From: Lachnospiraceae bacterium
GTDB lineage: Bacteria > Bacillota > Clostridia > Lachnospirales > Lachnospiraceae
Assembly: GCA_016285575.1 (NCBI GenBank)
Contig: JAEEQX010000003.1
Coordinates: forward strand, 781 to 64,780
Direction: 5' to 3'
DNA: 64,000 nucleotides
Position numbers and translations under genes: made by a program. Numbering within the stretch: the stretch's first letter is position 1; each line of letters starts with the position of its first letter. Shown piece after piece: positions 29,817-39,746 of this stretch. The notes under the pieces were generated by a model, which ran no database searches, was not told where the DNA came from, and saw only the letters and a program-made list of their open reading frames with translations.

Positions 29817-30515
29817 TTATTCTCCTAATATATCAAATACGCAAAATTTCATTTTACTTTCTTTGTTTTTAGTCCAATAAATGAAAGCCGTCAAGAATGT
29901 TAATGCTTCTCCCATGCTTTCAAATGCGCCATACGCCCCTTCCACTGCTGTGCCTTTGAATATAAGTTTCCATACCATTCCAATGGCAAAGGCTCCGAGA
30001 ATTCCGACAAGACACATTACTCTCGAAAGTTTAAGTTTGCCTGACACCGTAGCAATAAAATGAACGAGATATTCAAAACATAAGAAAAGAATCAATATCA
30101 GATTGATAGGTGTTAAAATCTCTGACCATTGCTTACATACTGCAGTAGCCATTTCAACTGATCCACCGCTTTCTATAATCGATTTGTAAGTAATCGGCGA
30201 AAGTGACCCTAATGCAAAATGAAGATACCCTGTAGATACAACCCCTACTCCCATAAATATCGTAAAAAGTCTCAGTAATCCGCCACACGTATCATCAATC
30301 ATCTTCTTGAAACTGAAATAAGCAGGAATCATTAATGCCATACCAATAAATCCAAACACTGCTGAGAGAATAAATCTCCACATCGCAACATCCAGCCATA
30401 ACGGGTCAATCTCTGCTCCTGTATTTCCTTTATAACAATATATCAGGCAGTCTCCTGCCATGAAGAATGCACCGCCTATGACTCCCAATAGCGATCTGAA
30501 TTGATGCTTATTCAT
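29817..30515 (-). CDS. Uncharacterised multi-pass membrane protein (family A, copy 1)
   Basis: About 6 hydrophobic segments; GGAFFMAGD in TM1, GYLH in TM3. Confidence 0.7.
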   Translation of the reverse strand: MNKHQFRSLLGVIGGAFFMAGDCLIYCYKGNTGAEIDPLWLDVAMWRFILSAVFGFIGMALMIPAYFSFKKMIDDTCGGLLRLFTIFMGVGVVSTGYLHFALGSLSPITYKSIIESGGSVEMATAVCKQWSEILTPINLILILFLCFEYLVHFIATVSGKLKLSRVMCLVGILGAFAIGMVWKLIFKGTAVEGAYGAFESMGEALTFLTAFIYWTKNKESKMKFCVFDILGE

Positions 30516-30531
30516 CTCATCCTCCGATTAT

Positions 30532-31419
30532 CTAATTCATTATCCATTTGCACATTTTTCTGATAGCTCTTCTTCCCTCGGGGAAGAAAAAACACAATGC
30601 CCAGTCATGGCACATGGATTCAACTTCCTCTGAAAACTCTATACCCTGTTTTCTTAACGAATAAAGATAATTCATAACATGAGGGTAGAAAAGTTCATGT
30701 TTTCCGTAAAAGAAAAACATAGGAGGAAAATCTTTATAATCAATATATTCCGGGCTGATATCGGAACTGTTCAAAGGAACATTCCTACACCAGTTTTCCG
30801 CTATAATGTCATTCATTTTAACATTCAGAATAGGATCGTATTCTTCAAAGGCAAGTCTTATATTCCTGTTCTTTCCGTATTCTAGTCCGCATGCTGGAGA
30901 AATAACTATCAGCTTTCCGGGTTTTTTCTTTAAACGATAAGTCAAACTTAATATAAGATTCGCTCCTGCACTGTCTCCCATGAAAACAATATTTTGGGCC
31001 AGATGCCTTTTTAAGATTTTTGCATAAACCTTCTCAAGCCACTTAAGAGCATCACGTACATTACATTTGGGAGCAAGAGGATAATTAGCCATATAAACAG
31101 TAGCCCCGGTTTTCTTGGCAATTCTGGTTATGGTATCATAATGGAGCGAAGTTGCTCTCGCCATACCACCTCCGCCAGGTAAAAAGAATATTGCTTTATT
31201 GCTTTTATTCTTAGCATTGCCATCTTTAAATATATGAATCTTAAACCCCTCATAGTTAACAGTCTTAATCTTCAGACCTTTTCTATACATACTGCGAGGC
31301 AAATCATCTTTATCACCTAAAACTTTGGATTCCATCAGCATAAGTCCCTTAACTCCGCCACCCGGAAGCCTGTTAAGTTTATAGCATCCGTTCTCAGCAA
31401 TTCTATATAATAAGCTCAT
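30532..31419 (-). CDS. Alpha/beta hydrolase (HSL-type esterase)
   Basis: PGGGG, NYPLAP, GDSAG, MCHDW. Confidence 0.88.
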   Translation of the reverse strand: MSLLYRIAENGCYKLNRLPGGGVKGLMLMESKVLGDKDDLPRSMYRKGLKIKTVNYEGFKIHIFKDGNAKNKSNKAIFFLPGGGGMARATSLHYDTITRIAKKTGATVYMANYPLAPKCNVRDALKWLEKVYAKILKRHLAQNIVFMGDSAGANLILSLTYRLKKKPGKLIVISPACGLEYGKNRNIRLAFEEYDPILNVKMNDIIAENWCRNVPLNSSDISPEYIDYKDFPPMFFFYGKHELFYPHVMNYLYSLRKQGIEFSEEVESMCHDWALCFFFPEGRRAIRKMCKWIMN

Positions 31420-31431
31420 GAAAACATCTCC

Positions 31432-32079
31432 TTAACCCATGCATAATCCTGCGATTATCAAAAGAATCGCAAACATCATGAATCCGACACCCAGCGCACC
31501 TATAATTCTGACCTTTAATTTCTTAAGCAGTAAAAGAATCAAAGTTGAAGGAATCGGATTCAAAAGTAAACAGATTTTAGGCACCTCAAGCGCCCCATTT
31601 AGAATTGCAATTATAACAATAACGGTTGTTCCAAGCCACAAAGTCGAAAATCCAAGAATCATAGGTACAATAGTCACCTTGTCTAATGACTTCAATGCCT
31701 CTTCTATTGTTTCGTCATCAAGCTTCGTATATAAACGTCTGTATAAAAGAGGTTTGATGCAATAAATTACATGGCATAAAAGTCCTGTATAACATCCTAT
31801 AAAGGTATTGATCTTGAGAGCCATTCCCAGTCCGGGATTATTCTTTGAGATAAGAACAGCCAGCATCCACATTGTAAGATATGTTCCCGGTTGTCCGAGA
31901 AAAGACAACCAAAATGACAAAGAGAATCTTCCATCAGTTACATCTTTCCACCAGGGTGCAGTTTTTCTTTCCGGAATCTGCGCGTATCCTTTTTCAGGGC
32001 AAACAAGAGGCACATCAGCAAGTGCAGCAATAAAGCCGCTTATGACTCCAAATATTCCAATAATCACAAATAAATTCAT
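31432..32079 (-). CDS. Uncharacterised multi-pass membrane protein (family A, copy 2)
   Basis: Hydrophobic; AALAD in TM1, GLLCH in TM3. Confidence 0.65.
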   Translation of the reverse strand: MNLFVIIGIFGVISGFIAALADVPLVCPEKGYAQIPERKTAPWWKDVTDGRFSLSFWLSFLGQPGTYLTMWMLAVLISKNNPGLGMALKINTFIGCYTGLLCHVIYCIKPLLYRRLYTKLDDETIEEALKSLDKVTIVPMILGFSTLWLGTTVIVIIAILNGALEVPKICLLLNPIPSTLILLLLKKLKVRIIGALGVGFMMFAILLIIAGLCMG

Positions 32080-32113
32080 ATTTAATCATCCTTTCGTAAA
32101 ATAATACGGATGG

Positions 32114-32220
32114 ATTAGCCTTAACTAACCAAATTATAATACAATTTATACAAAACGCAATAAAGTAATTGACAATAGGAAAAAGGATATGTAATATTTA
32201 TGTAGTTAGTTACGACTAAC
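32114..32220. promoter_or_regulatory. Divergent promoter region with two DtxR-type boxes
   Basis: Plus TTGACA 32169-74, 17 nt, TAATAT; GTTAG-TTACGA-CTAAC 32205-20; ATTAG-CCTTAA-CTAAC 32114-29; minus TTGCGT, 16 nt, TATAAT (32160-32133). Confidence 0.75.
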
Positions 32221-32239
32221 ACTAATTTCACGGAGGTTT

Positions 32240-32848
32240 ATGATGAAAAGTAAAAAACTTGTTGCAAAGGATTTAATCCTTATCGGTGCACTTACTGCTC
32301 TTATGTTTGTCATATATATGATAATCAGTATTGGCATGAGTTTTGCCGGTCCCATAACCAATGTATTCTATCCCCCTGTTGTTTCAATTGCTAACGGAAT
32401 CATAATGATGCTTCTATTAGCAAAAGTTCCTAAATTTGGTGTTTTATCAATTGCCGGTTCTATTCAGGGAATAATCTCATTCCTTATAGGAGCATTCTGG
32501 ACCGTTGGAACAGGACTAATTGTTGGTGCTATATTAGCAGATATTCTCATCATTGGTTTTAAAGAAATATCTACAAAGAAAATGATTATTGCTTATACAG
32601 TATTCAGCGGTATCTTCACATTTGGAGCCATCTCTCCCATGAAGATTTTCAGAGATGCTTATATGGAAAAAACATTAAGCAGTGGTCTTTCTCAAGAATA
32701 TGTTAATGGACTCATGAAAATGACAGAATGGCCTATGCTTACTGTAATTATCTTCTGTGGATTTGTTGGAGGTTTTGTAGGTTCACTTATCGGACTAAAA
32801 CTTTTAAGAAAACATTTTGTAAAAGCGGGACTTGTAGAGGAAAGATAG
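32240..32848 (+). CDS. MptD / Trep_Strep-type ECF S component, copy 2
   Basis: KKLVAKDLILIGALTAL, AKVPKFG, LLRKHFVKAG C-terminus like copy 1; SD GGAGG. Confidence 0.85.
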   Translation: MMKSKKLVAKDLILIGALTALMFVIYMIISIGMSFAGPITNVFYPPVVSIANGIIMMLLLAKVPKFGVLSIAGSIQGIISFLIGAFWTVGTGLIVGAILADILIIGFKEISTKKMIIAYTVFSGIFTFGAISPMKIFRDAYMEKTLSSGLSQEYVNGLMKMTEWPMLTVIIFCGFVGGFVGSLIGLKLLRKHFVKAGLVEER

Positions 32849-32873
32849 TTATATATTTTTCTTAATAAAACAT

Positions 32874-32904
32874 AAAGGCTGATGCTCTCACGGCTCAGCC
32901 TTTT
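32874..32904 (+). terminator. Terminator-like hairpin between the S and T genes
   Basis: AAAGGCTGA-N12-TCAGCCTTTT. Confidence 0.5.
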
Positions 32905-32920
32905 GTTATGGAGTAATAAT

Positions 32921-33694
32921 ATGAATGAATCTATAAGAAAACAAATAACGCAAGTATCGTTTCATGGTACAGCTCGCTTGGATGCAAGGCTGAAATTGTT
33001 CATGTTGGTAATGCTGGGCATAGTGAGTTTTTTTGTAAACGGAGATATTCCCGAAATCATACTAATGACTTCTATTGCCATTTTCGTATGTGCTGGCAGT
33101 GCAGCAAAATGGGGATTATCCATGTTAATAACTTATATCATCATATCCTATCTAAATACATATCTTTCATATGTTACAATTCCTGTAATCACACTGGTAA
33201 TGAATATTTTTGGTGTGACTGTCCTTAAAATCATTCCTATAGTAACTTTAGCAAGATGGGTACTTAAAAGCACCTATTTGGATGAACTTACGGTATCTCT
33301 CGAAAGAGCAAAAATGCCTCAAGCAGTCACGATACCATTTGTGGTAATGTTTAGATATATTCCTACCCTATTAATCGAATATAAAATTATACGTAATGCT
33401 ATGAAAATACGTGGAATAAGTGATACGTTTTTGAAAGTTATAATTCATCCTTTTGCAACTATCGAATACATATTAATACCGCTTCTAATGCGTTGTCTTA
33501 AGGTATCTGAGGAACTTGCAGCCTCAGGTTCAACAAGAGGAATCGAAAGATACAATAAGCGTCATGCTCTTTTAAAAGTAAAATTTGGTTTAGCTGAATA
33601 TATTATCCTTGTGTTTGTAATTATGCTAGTTGTATTTTTATTTCTTTTAGACAACTCTTCATTAGGTCAAATAAATATATGGAGATGGCAATGA
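32921..33694 (+). CDS. ECF transmembrane component T, copy 2
   Basis: LDARLK, VVMFRYIPT, AMKIRG, SGSTRG; start 32921 after GGAG. Confidence 0.88.
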   Translation: MNESIRKQITQVSFHGTARLDARLKLFMLVMLGIVSFFVNGDIPEIILMTSIAIFVCAGSAAKWGLSMLITYIIISYLNTYLSYVTIPVITLVMNIFGVTVLKIIPIVTLARWVLKSTYLDELTVSLERAKMPQAVTIPFVVMFRYIPTLLIEYKIIRNAMKIRGISDTFLKVIIHPFATIEYILIPLLMRCLKVSEELAASGSTRGIERYNKRHALLKVKFGLAEYIILVFVIMLVVFLFLLDNSSLGQINIWRWQ

Positions 33695-35166
33695 TAAGAT
33701 TTGTTGATTACTCTTTTTGTTACGAAGGAATGGCTGAGAATACTCTTAAAAACATCAGTCTGGAAATAAATGAGGGAGAATTTGTACTGTTAACCGGAAG
33801 AAGTGGTTGTGGTAAAACAACCATTCTGCGTTCATTAAATGGGTTAATTCCACATTTTTACCCCGGAAAAACCGAGGGTGAATTACTCTATGACGATAAA
33901 TCTCTTCTTGAACTCCCTCCGTCTGAAATAGCGGGAAAAGTAGGGACTGTATTTCAAGATCCCAGATCACAGTTTTTTATGACCGATACTACAAGAGAAC
34001 TTGCTTTCGGATGCGAAAATATGGGATATGAACGCGAAGAAATCATCGACAGAGTCGAAAAAGCTGTTATCGATTTAAATCTTGAAGAGTATCTTAACAA
34101 AAGTATCTTTGCGCTTTCAAGTGGCGAAAAGCAGCAGATTGCCATTGGTTCTGTATATGCCTTGAACCCCAAAGTATATATTTTTGACGAACCTTCTGCC
34201 AACCTTGATTATGAAGCAACAAATCGCTTGGCAAGTATAATGAAAAACCTCAAAAATGCGGGATATACAATAATAGTTGCAGATCATAGATTCTATTATT
34301 TAAGAGATTTAATTGATACCGTAGTATATATAGAAAATGGAAGTATTGAATCTAAATATACAAAAGACGAGTTTTGTAATCTTAATGAATCAATACGAAT
34401 ACAGAAAGGCTTAAGAACAGTTTATCCTGATAAGGAAATAAAAAGCAAAATTAATAAATTAACCGGCAACAAGGTTCCGGAAAAGAATAACATTCTAAAA
34501 ATAAATAATCTACGTTTTTCATATAACAAAAAGGATACATTGATTAATAATCTTTCTTTAAATGTTTCTTCCGGAGAGGTAATCGGAATCCTGGGGCATA
34601 ACGGTGCAGGCAAAACAACGCTTATTTCTATTCTTACAGGTATATTAAAAGAAAAATCAGGAACAGTATTTTTTAATGAAAAAAAATTATCTGCCACAAA
34701 AAGACGTAAACTCTCATATCTTGTTTTACAGGATGCTGATTATCAACTATTCACAGCAAGCGTTAATGAAGAACTGGCTTTGGGTATACGTAAGGTCGAT
34801 GAACAATTAATAGATAGTACTCTTCAAAAACTTAATCTTTTAGAGTATAAAGACAAGCATCCTGCTTCACTATCCGGTGGGCAGAAGCAAAGAGTCACTA
34901 TAGGAGCATCTCTTATAAAAAATAGTGAGATTCTTTACTTTGATGAACCCACCAGCGGCCTTGATTATGATTCGATGATAAGAGTTAGCAATTTAATCAA
35001 CGAACTTTCTCGTAATGGAGCAATAATCTTCATGGTATCGCATGATTTTGAGTTTATTACTCATACATGTACAGGCATTTTGGATCTTGATGATGATAAT
35101 GCTCAGATATTGGAAGCTAATAATGATAATCTTCAAAAACTCGCTAATAAGTATTTTGGTATATAA
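33691..35166 (+). CDS. ECF-type ABC ATPase with duplicated NBDs, copy 2
   Basis: GRSGCGKT / LSSGEKQ and GHNGAGKT / LSGGQKQ; start 33691 or 33679. Confidence 0.9.
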   Translation: MIRFVDYSFCYEGMAENTLKNISLEINEGEFVLLTGRSGCGKTTILRSLNGLIPHFYPGKTEGELLYDDKSLLELPPSEIAGKVGTVFQDPRSQFFMTDTTRELAFGCENMGYEREEIIDRVEKAVIDLNLEEYLNKSIFALSSGEKQQIAIGSVYALNPKVYIFDEPSANLDYEATNRLASIMKNLKNAGYTIIVADHRFYYLRDLIDTVVYIENGSIESKYTKDEFCNLNESIRIQKGLRTVYPDKEIKSKINKLTGNKVPEKNNILKINNLRFSYNKKDTLINNLSLNVSSGEVIGILGHNGAGKTTLISILTGILKEKSGTVFFNEKKLSATKRRKLSYLVLQDADYQLFTASVNEELALGIRKVDEQLIDSTLQKLNLLEYKDKHPASLSGGQKQRVTIGASLIKNSEILYFDEPTSGLDYDSMIRVSNLINELSRNGAIIFMVSHDFEFITHTCTGILDLDDDNAQILEANNDNLQKLANKYFGI

Positions 35167-35805
35167 CTAACCATTATTTATAGCAATGCATATAATTGCC
35201 GCAGCATAGTAAATAACAGATATCATATTGGTCCAGCCACCGCAGACAACCATATGTATTCCTTTGGGAAGTTTTCTTACAAGCGGCAAAAGAAGAATTA
35301 AAACAAGCGGAGTAAAAACTATCATCCATCTAGGAAGAACACTCCAGCCCATAACAATCATCAGTGCCATTCCGATAAATCCAACAGCCTGTATTCCAAA
35401 AGCAACTTTCTTTTGAAAATCAAGAAAAGAAGTTACTTCTTTTAGGGTATCTTCATCTTCATGTCTTCCTATCAATCCTAAATTGGCACAATGACTGTGG
35501 TATGCTCCTCCGCATATTATTCCGAGACAGTTTACCAAAAACAATATCCATCCAAGTATCGCAAATTTGTCTTTTGCAAAAAGAACAAGATGGTAATATC
35601 CGACACAATAAAGAAATGCCGTTAAAGGTCCGATCATTCCGCCGATATACAGTCTCTTGGTTCCTGCCTTTTTCATAATATCTATTATTGGATTAAGTGT
35701 TCCGTCATGCTTATAATCATCCTTGCTGAAATATAATGTCATATCTCCGCAAAGCATCAAAACAGCACCGGTTAATCCAATTATTAATGCTGTAAGTAAA
35801 CTCAT
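35167..35805 (-). CDS. Uncharacterised multi-pass membrane protein (family A, copy 3)
   Basis: GAVLMLCGD in TM1, GGAYH in TM3, LPRW..FTP. Confidence 0.7.
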   Translation of the reverse strand: MSLLTALIIGLTGAVLMLCGDMTLYFSKDDYKHDGTLNPIIDIMKKAGTKRLYIGGMIGPLTAFLYCVGYYHLVLFAKDKFAILGWILFLVNCLGIICGGAYHSHCANLGLIGRHEDEDTLKEVTSFLDFQKKVAFGIQAVGFIGMALMIVMGWSVLPRWMIVFTPLVLILLLPLVRKLPKGIHMVVCGGWTNMISVIYYAAAIICIAINNG

Positions 35806-35860
35806 TTCAACTCCTTTTAAACTCTTTCTCCAAATATCTTTTGAATCTTTTTGGTTTAGA

Positions 35861-36619
35861 CTAATATCTGTTTTTATATGCCTTATCTATAAGTTTAAGC
35901 AATATCTTTGGATTCTTATGTATTAATTCCGCATGTCCTGTATTTTTAAACATCTTATGAATAAAATTAACGCCTTTCTTTTTTAACTTATGTACTTTTC
36001 TCGCAGCAACAATTTCTGCTGATCCGTGGAATACATAAGAACTTGTCATATTAAAACTATTAAATTTATACTTATATCCAATCTCAGAAATAACGCTGTT
36101 CCTTATGGACTCTTTATTTACATTCGTATATAAAGATTCTCTGATTGATTCTTTTGTTCTTCCGAGAGCAAGTGCAAGAAGCCCCTGATGTTTGGTCAAT
36201 ACAGAATAAATAATAGATGAATAACCTGTAATATAAAGATTCTCTATAAACTTGAATCTGAAAGTCGGCATTGGCATAATAGTATAACCGTCAGCTATGA
36301 ACGTATGTACATTTGCTCTTCCATCCAAAATTATTTCATTGCTAACCATTCCACCCATAGAAATGCCATATAATACATCAATTTTCCCATCAAGATTATT
36401 AATGATAAAATCAACTGCATCCTGTGCTTCAGCCATAACAGAATGAAATACCGAATCCGGTTCATCTTCATTGAAACCATCATAAGCCTGAACTATAACA
36501 TGATATTTTTTCTTTGCTTCATCGATAAATGGCATAAGTCCCGGATACCATTTTGCAAGATATCCGCACTCTATCATCAATGTCTTACTATTCTCTTTTC
36601 CAAACTCAAAATATTTCAT
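35861..36619 (-). CDS. Alpha/beta hydrolase
   Basis: MKYFEFGKEN start, GISMGG elbow, GHAELI. Confidence 0.82.
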   Translation of the reverse strand: MKYFEFGKENSKTLMIECGYLAKWYPGLMPFIDEAKKKYHVIVQAYDGFNEDEPDSVFHSVMAEAQDAVDFIINNLDGKIDVLYGISMGGMVSNEIILDGRANVHTFIADGYTIMPMPTFRFKFIENLYITGYSSIIYSVLTKHQGLLALALGRTKESIRESLYTNVNKESIRNSVISEIGYKYKFNSFNMTSSYVFHGSAEIVAARKVHKLKKKGVNFIHKMFKNTGHAELIHKNPKILLKLIDKAYKNRY

Positions 36620-36622
36620 ATT

Positions 36623-37135
36623 TCACCCTTGCAAAATTAATCCCTTCAAAAAAAGAAATACACCTGCTGTAATCATGCAAAGAAATGGATATGCAATAAT
36701 TCTTATAATCTGATTTTTATTATTGAAACCTCTGTTCTTCCATCCTTCGCAGTCTGTAGTCTCAGGAAATATTTTCTTAAAATATCCGAGTGTCATAACA
36801 AGCCATTGATCCTGAACTATAATGTCAAAAGCTTTCATGACATATAATAGCACTATAAACCTTAATGTAAGTTTCCAAAATCCGTATCCGTTTCTGATGC
36901 CATCAATCCCCAGATATATCATTCCAGCAAACATGGCAGTCAAGAATATTGCAAGAAGAATATGCGCAATTATCTGTTTATACATCGGAGGTTGGGGATG
37001 CTCTTTCCCTGCAATTCTTACATCTTCAGGAAGGAATCTTAAAACCAGTGACGGCTTTGCCATGGGAGATGCGATTACAATCACAGATATTTCTATTATG
37101 CAGATAGCCAAAGCTACTATTATCGTTTTTATCAT
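36623..37135 (-). CDS. Uncharacterised membrane protein (family B, copy 1)
   Basis: 4 hydrophobic segments; GIRNGYGFW..RF..AFDIIVQD. Confidence 0.65.
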   Translation of the reverse strand: MIKTIIVALAICIIEISVIVIASPMAKPSLVLRFLPEDVRIAGKEHPQPPMYKQIIAHILLAIFLTAMFAGMIYLGIDGIRNGYGFWKLTLRFIVLLYVMKAFDIIVQDQWLVMTLGYFKKIFPETTDCEGWKNRGFNNKNQIIRIIAYPFLCMITAGVFLFLKGLILQG

Positions 37136-37165
37136 TTATCACTCAACTTTTTTGTTTCATCCCTT

Positions 37166-38083
37166 TTATTTATTTGAATTAATCCAATTTATGATTTCTT
37201 TCTCAGAAGACTCAAAATAAGAGATGTTTTCTTTTCTGTATTTTCCGAATGTCTTATACATTAAACCAATCAAAGGTATCATGCGATAAAGTTTTTTCTC
37301 CCGTTCTCTGTTTGGCATAAGTCCGTTCAAATGACTTCCGTGCTTATAAACTATAACTTTTACATTCCTTTCATAGTTTGCTTCTTTTAAATCTTTTTCT
37401 ATCTCTCTGACCGAATACTCTGCAGGCCACGCTTCGTCTTCATCTCCTGCAATAAGCAGAACTCTTGCATTGCTTTTCTCAACATGAAGCTTAGCTTCAC
37501 TGACTCTTTTTTTATCCTTATACGCATCGTGATAGGCTACCCACATACCTGTAACTTTACATTTAGCATCAGGATGTTTTTGATATTTCCCGGCCTTCAC
37601 TTTTGAGAAATCTGCGCATACGCACGGAATATCTTCTCCGTGCCAGGTGGCTACACTTTTTCCGGTCATTGTCTTTTTATCTTTTAGCGTTCCTTCAAAA
37701 GGAACATGTGTCGGAGAAACCATTATGAGATTATCAAATCCTCCGACATACTGTGCAACAAGAACTGCAAATATCGAACCCATTGACTGTCCGTATATGC
37801 TGATATGCTCTATCTGTTTCTTCTCTCTCAGATATTCAACTGCCGAAATAAACATATCCACAGGAACCTGATTGGGTGAATCAGGAAGTCCCTCCGCTCC
37901 ATAAAGCGAAACAGATAATCCCGTTATTCCATAGTCTGCGAATCTCTCTGCAAATTTAATACCGGGAAGGATGCTCTGCTCTCCTCCCATGATTATAATA
38001 ACTGCTTTGTCACTGCCATTATCGGGTTCTGCAAGATGACCGACAAATCCATGTTCTTTTATATTAAAGTCTTCATGTTTCAT
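37166..38083 (-). CDS. Acyl-CoA thioesterase / BAAT-type hydrolase
   Basis: GQSMG elbow, LLIAGDEDEAWP, YKHGSH; ATGA overlap with the upstream gene gives start 38083. Confidence 0.8.
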   Translation of the reverse strand: MKHEDFNIKEHGFVGHLAEPDNGSDKAVIIIMGGEQSILPGIKFAERFADYGITGLSVSLYGAEGLPDSPNQVPVDMFISAVEYLREKKQIEHISIYGQSMGSIFAVLVAQYVGGFDNLIMVSPTHVPFEGTLKDKKTMTGKSVATWHGEDIPCVCADFSKVKAGKYQKHPDAKCKVTGMWVAYHDAYKDKKRVSEAKLHVEKSNARVLLIAGDEDEAWPAEYSVREIEKDLKEANYERNVKVIVYKHGSHLNGLMPNREREKKLYRMIPLIGLMYKTFGKYRKENISYFESSEKEIINWINSNK

Positions 38084-38934
38084 ACTTTCCACTTGTCTAA
38101 TGTATCCAAAATTATTGCCAGTGTTTCCTCTCGTGCTTTTTGACATTCTTTGGGATATTTCTTTTCTCTTGGAAGCATATTGTTATTCACCGGATAGTAA
38201 CCCAAATTATGACTTCCTGTTTCTGAATTAATATGCTTATATCCATGTTTGAAACTGCTTCTGTTCAATCTTTTAACCAAAAGTTCAGCATCTCTTTTAG
38301 CAGGAACTGATTCATCGTGCGTAGATGTAAGAAAGAGTATATCTCCGTTTATTTTTTCAACAGGAATTTCATTTTCTTCTGTTCCTTTTTTATCCCATTC
38401 ATCAAAGAAATACAGAAGTCGTATATTTTTTTCTCTGATACATCTTTTCAAAAAATCCGAAAAAAGTTTTCCTTTTTTTACATACGGAAAATCCTGTCCT
38501 CTGAAAGATACCATTGCTTTGCATGAATCTTCAGATTCCTTACCTGTTCCTTGCATAATATGTCCAAATGCTGACGCCGCTATAACAAGACTGATATCAG
38601 ATACAACACTTGCTGCAAGAAGAGCCATACCGCCCCCTTTGGAATTACCATATATGCCTATGCGTTTAAATCCTCTTTTCTTTAATTCATCGCATGCTGT
38701 TTGAAATTGATCCAAAGGTATCGCACGAATATCTTTTTTCTGACCTTCACCGCCATAGTAAGACATTGCCAATGACGAGTATCCTTTATCACAAAAAAGA
38801 GAAGCATATTTCTCCGGTAATTCAAGTCCTTTTAATCCCTGTATTACTATCAGGACTCTGTCATCACCATTTTTAGCATCATACAAATTCCCCTCAAATT
38901 CATCATTCAAATAATTATATTTTATACATTGCAT
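38080..38934 (-). CDS. Acyl-CoA thioesterase / BAAT-type hydrolase
   Basis: GNSKGG elbow, IPVEKINGDILFL..DESVP, GSHNLG. Confidence 0.82.
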   Translation of the reverse strand: MQCIKYNYLNDEFEGNLYDAKNGDDRVLIVIQGLKGLELPEKYASLFCDKGYSSLAMSYYGGEGQKKDIRAIPLDQFQTACDELKKRGFKRIGIYGNSKGGGMALLAASVVSDISLVIAASAFGHIMQGTGKESEDSCKAMVSFRGQDFPYVKKGKLFSDFLKRCIREKNIRLLYFFDEWDKKGTEENEIPVEKINGDILFLTSTHDESVPAKRDAELLVKRLNRSSFKHGYKHINSETGSHNLGYYPVNNNMLPREKKYPKECQKAREETLAIILDTLDKWKV

Positions 38935-38957
38935 TAGGATAATATCTCCTATATTCC

Positions 38958-39569
38958 TTAAACCAAGAATGCTAAGCCAATAAACATAAAAGCATTGGCA
39001 ATGTTGCCTTTAGCCGGAACCTTGGTAGGCGCCAATAAAAGAAACGCAGGAAGTGTATTAAAAATACATGCCCATCTTGGAAGACTTGTATTTCCTGTAA
39101 CAACCATAATAAAAAACAATATAACAAATACCAACAAACCCACGTAAGCAACAGCCGCAACAGAGTTGCTCTTGAAAAAGTCCATTACCGCTTTTAATGA
39201 TTCTTCCTTCATGCCTAGCTTAACATAGAACCATTCGACACTTCCGCATAATACATGGTGTGCTGATATGAGCACCATGAAAAACATAGCAGCAACTAGC
39301 ATTATATTTCCTACAATAGCATTTGATTTAAGTATGTATTGGCTTAACGCTATGTAACCGAAACTACTCATAAAGAGTGAAAATACGCCAACAAGCATAG
39401 CAGCCTCAAGTTGTTTCAACGGCATAGTAGAAAACACCTTCTGCATCTTGGAATTATCTTTTGCATCAGAGAACTCGAATCTCCCACTCTTGGTATAAGC
39501 CATCATACAATCAGTAATGCCACATATGATATGCCCAATTGCTGCAACAATCATAATCATTTTCATCAT
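38958..39569 (-). CDS. Uncharacterised multi-pass membrane protein (family A, copy 4)
   Basis: GHIICGITD in TM1, ISAHH in TM3, LPRW..FNT. Confidence 0.65.
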   Translation of the reverse strand: MMKMIMIVAAIGHIICGITDCMMAYTKSGRFEFSDAKDNSKMQKVFSTMPLKQLEAAMLVGVFSLFMSSFGYIALSQYILKSNAIVGNIMLVAAMFFMVLISAHHVLCGSVEWFYVKLGMKEESLKAVMDFFKSNSVAAVAYVGLLVFVILFFIMVVTGNTSLPRWACIFNTLPAFLLLAPTKVPAKGNIANAFMFIGLAFLV

Positions 39570-39668
39570 ATTATTGTCCCAATCTTGATGTATTCATCAT
39601 ATCGTCTATGCTTTTTAAAACAGATGTCGCATATTTTTTCTTAAATAAAAGCCGTTATCCACAATTAA

Positions 39669-39703
39669 ATCCGCCTGAGAGTCAAGCGACTATACAGACG
39701 GAT
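39669..39703. repeat. Palindromic repeat element, copy 1
   Basis: ATCCGCCTG-AGAGTCAAGCGACTATA-CAGACGGAT; 17-mer ATCCGCCTGAGAGTCAA is identical to 41078-94. Confidence 0.7.
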
Positions 39704-39746
39704 AACTGCCTTTTTATATATGAAATGTACTGATTAAAAAACGAAA

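Noticed and set aside
39655-39663. Perfect DnaA box TTATCCACA
   Set aside because: Single copy with no cluster, AT-rich unwinding element or dnaA context; plausible by chance
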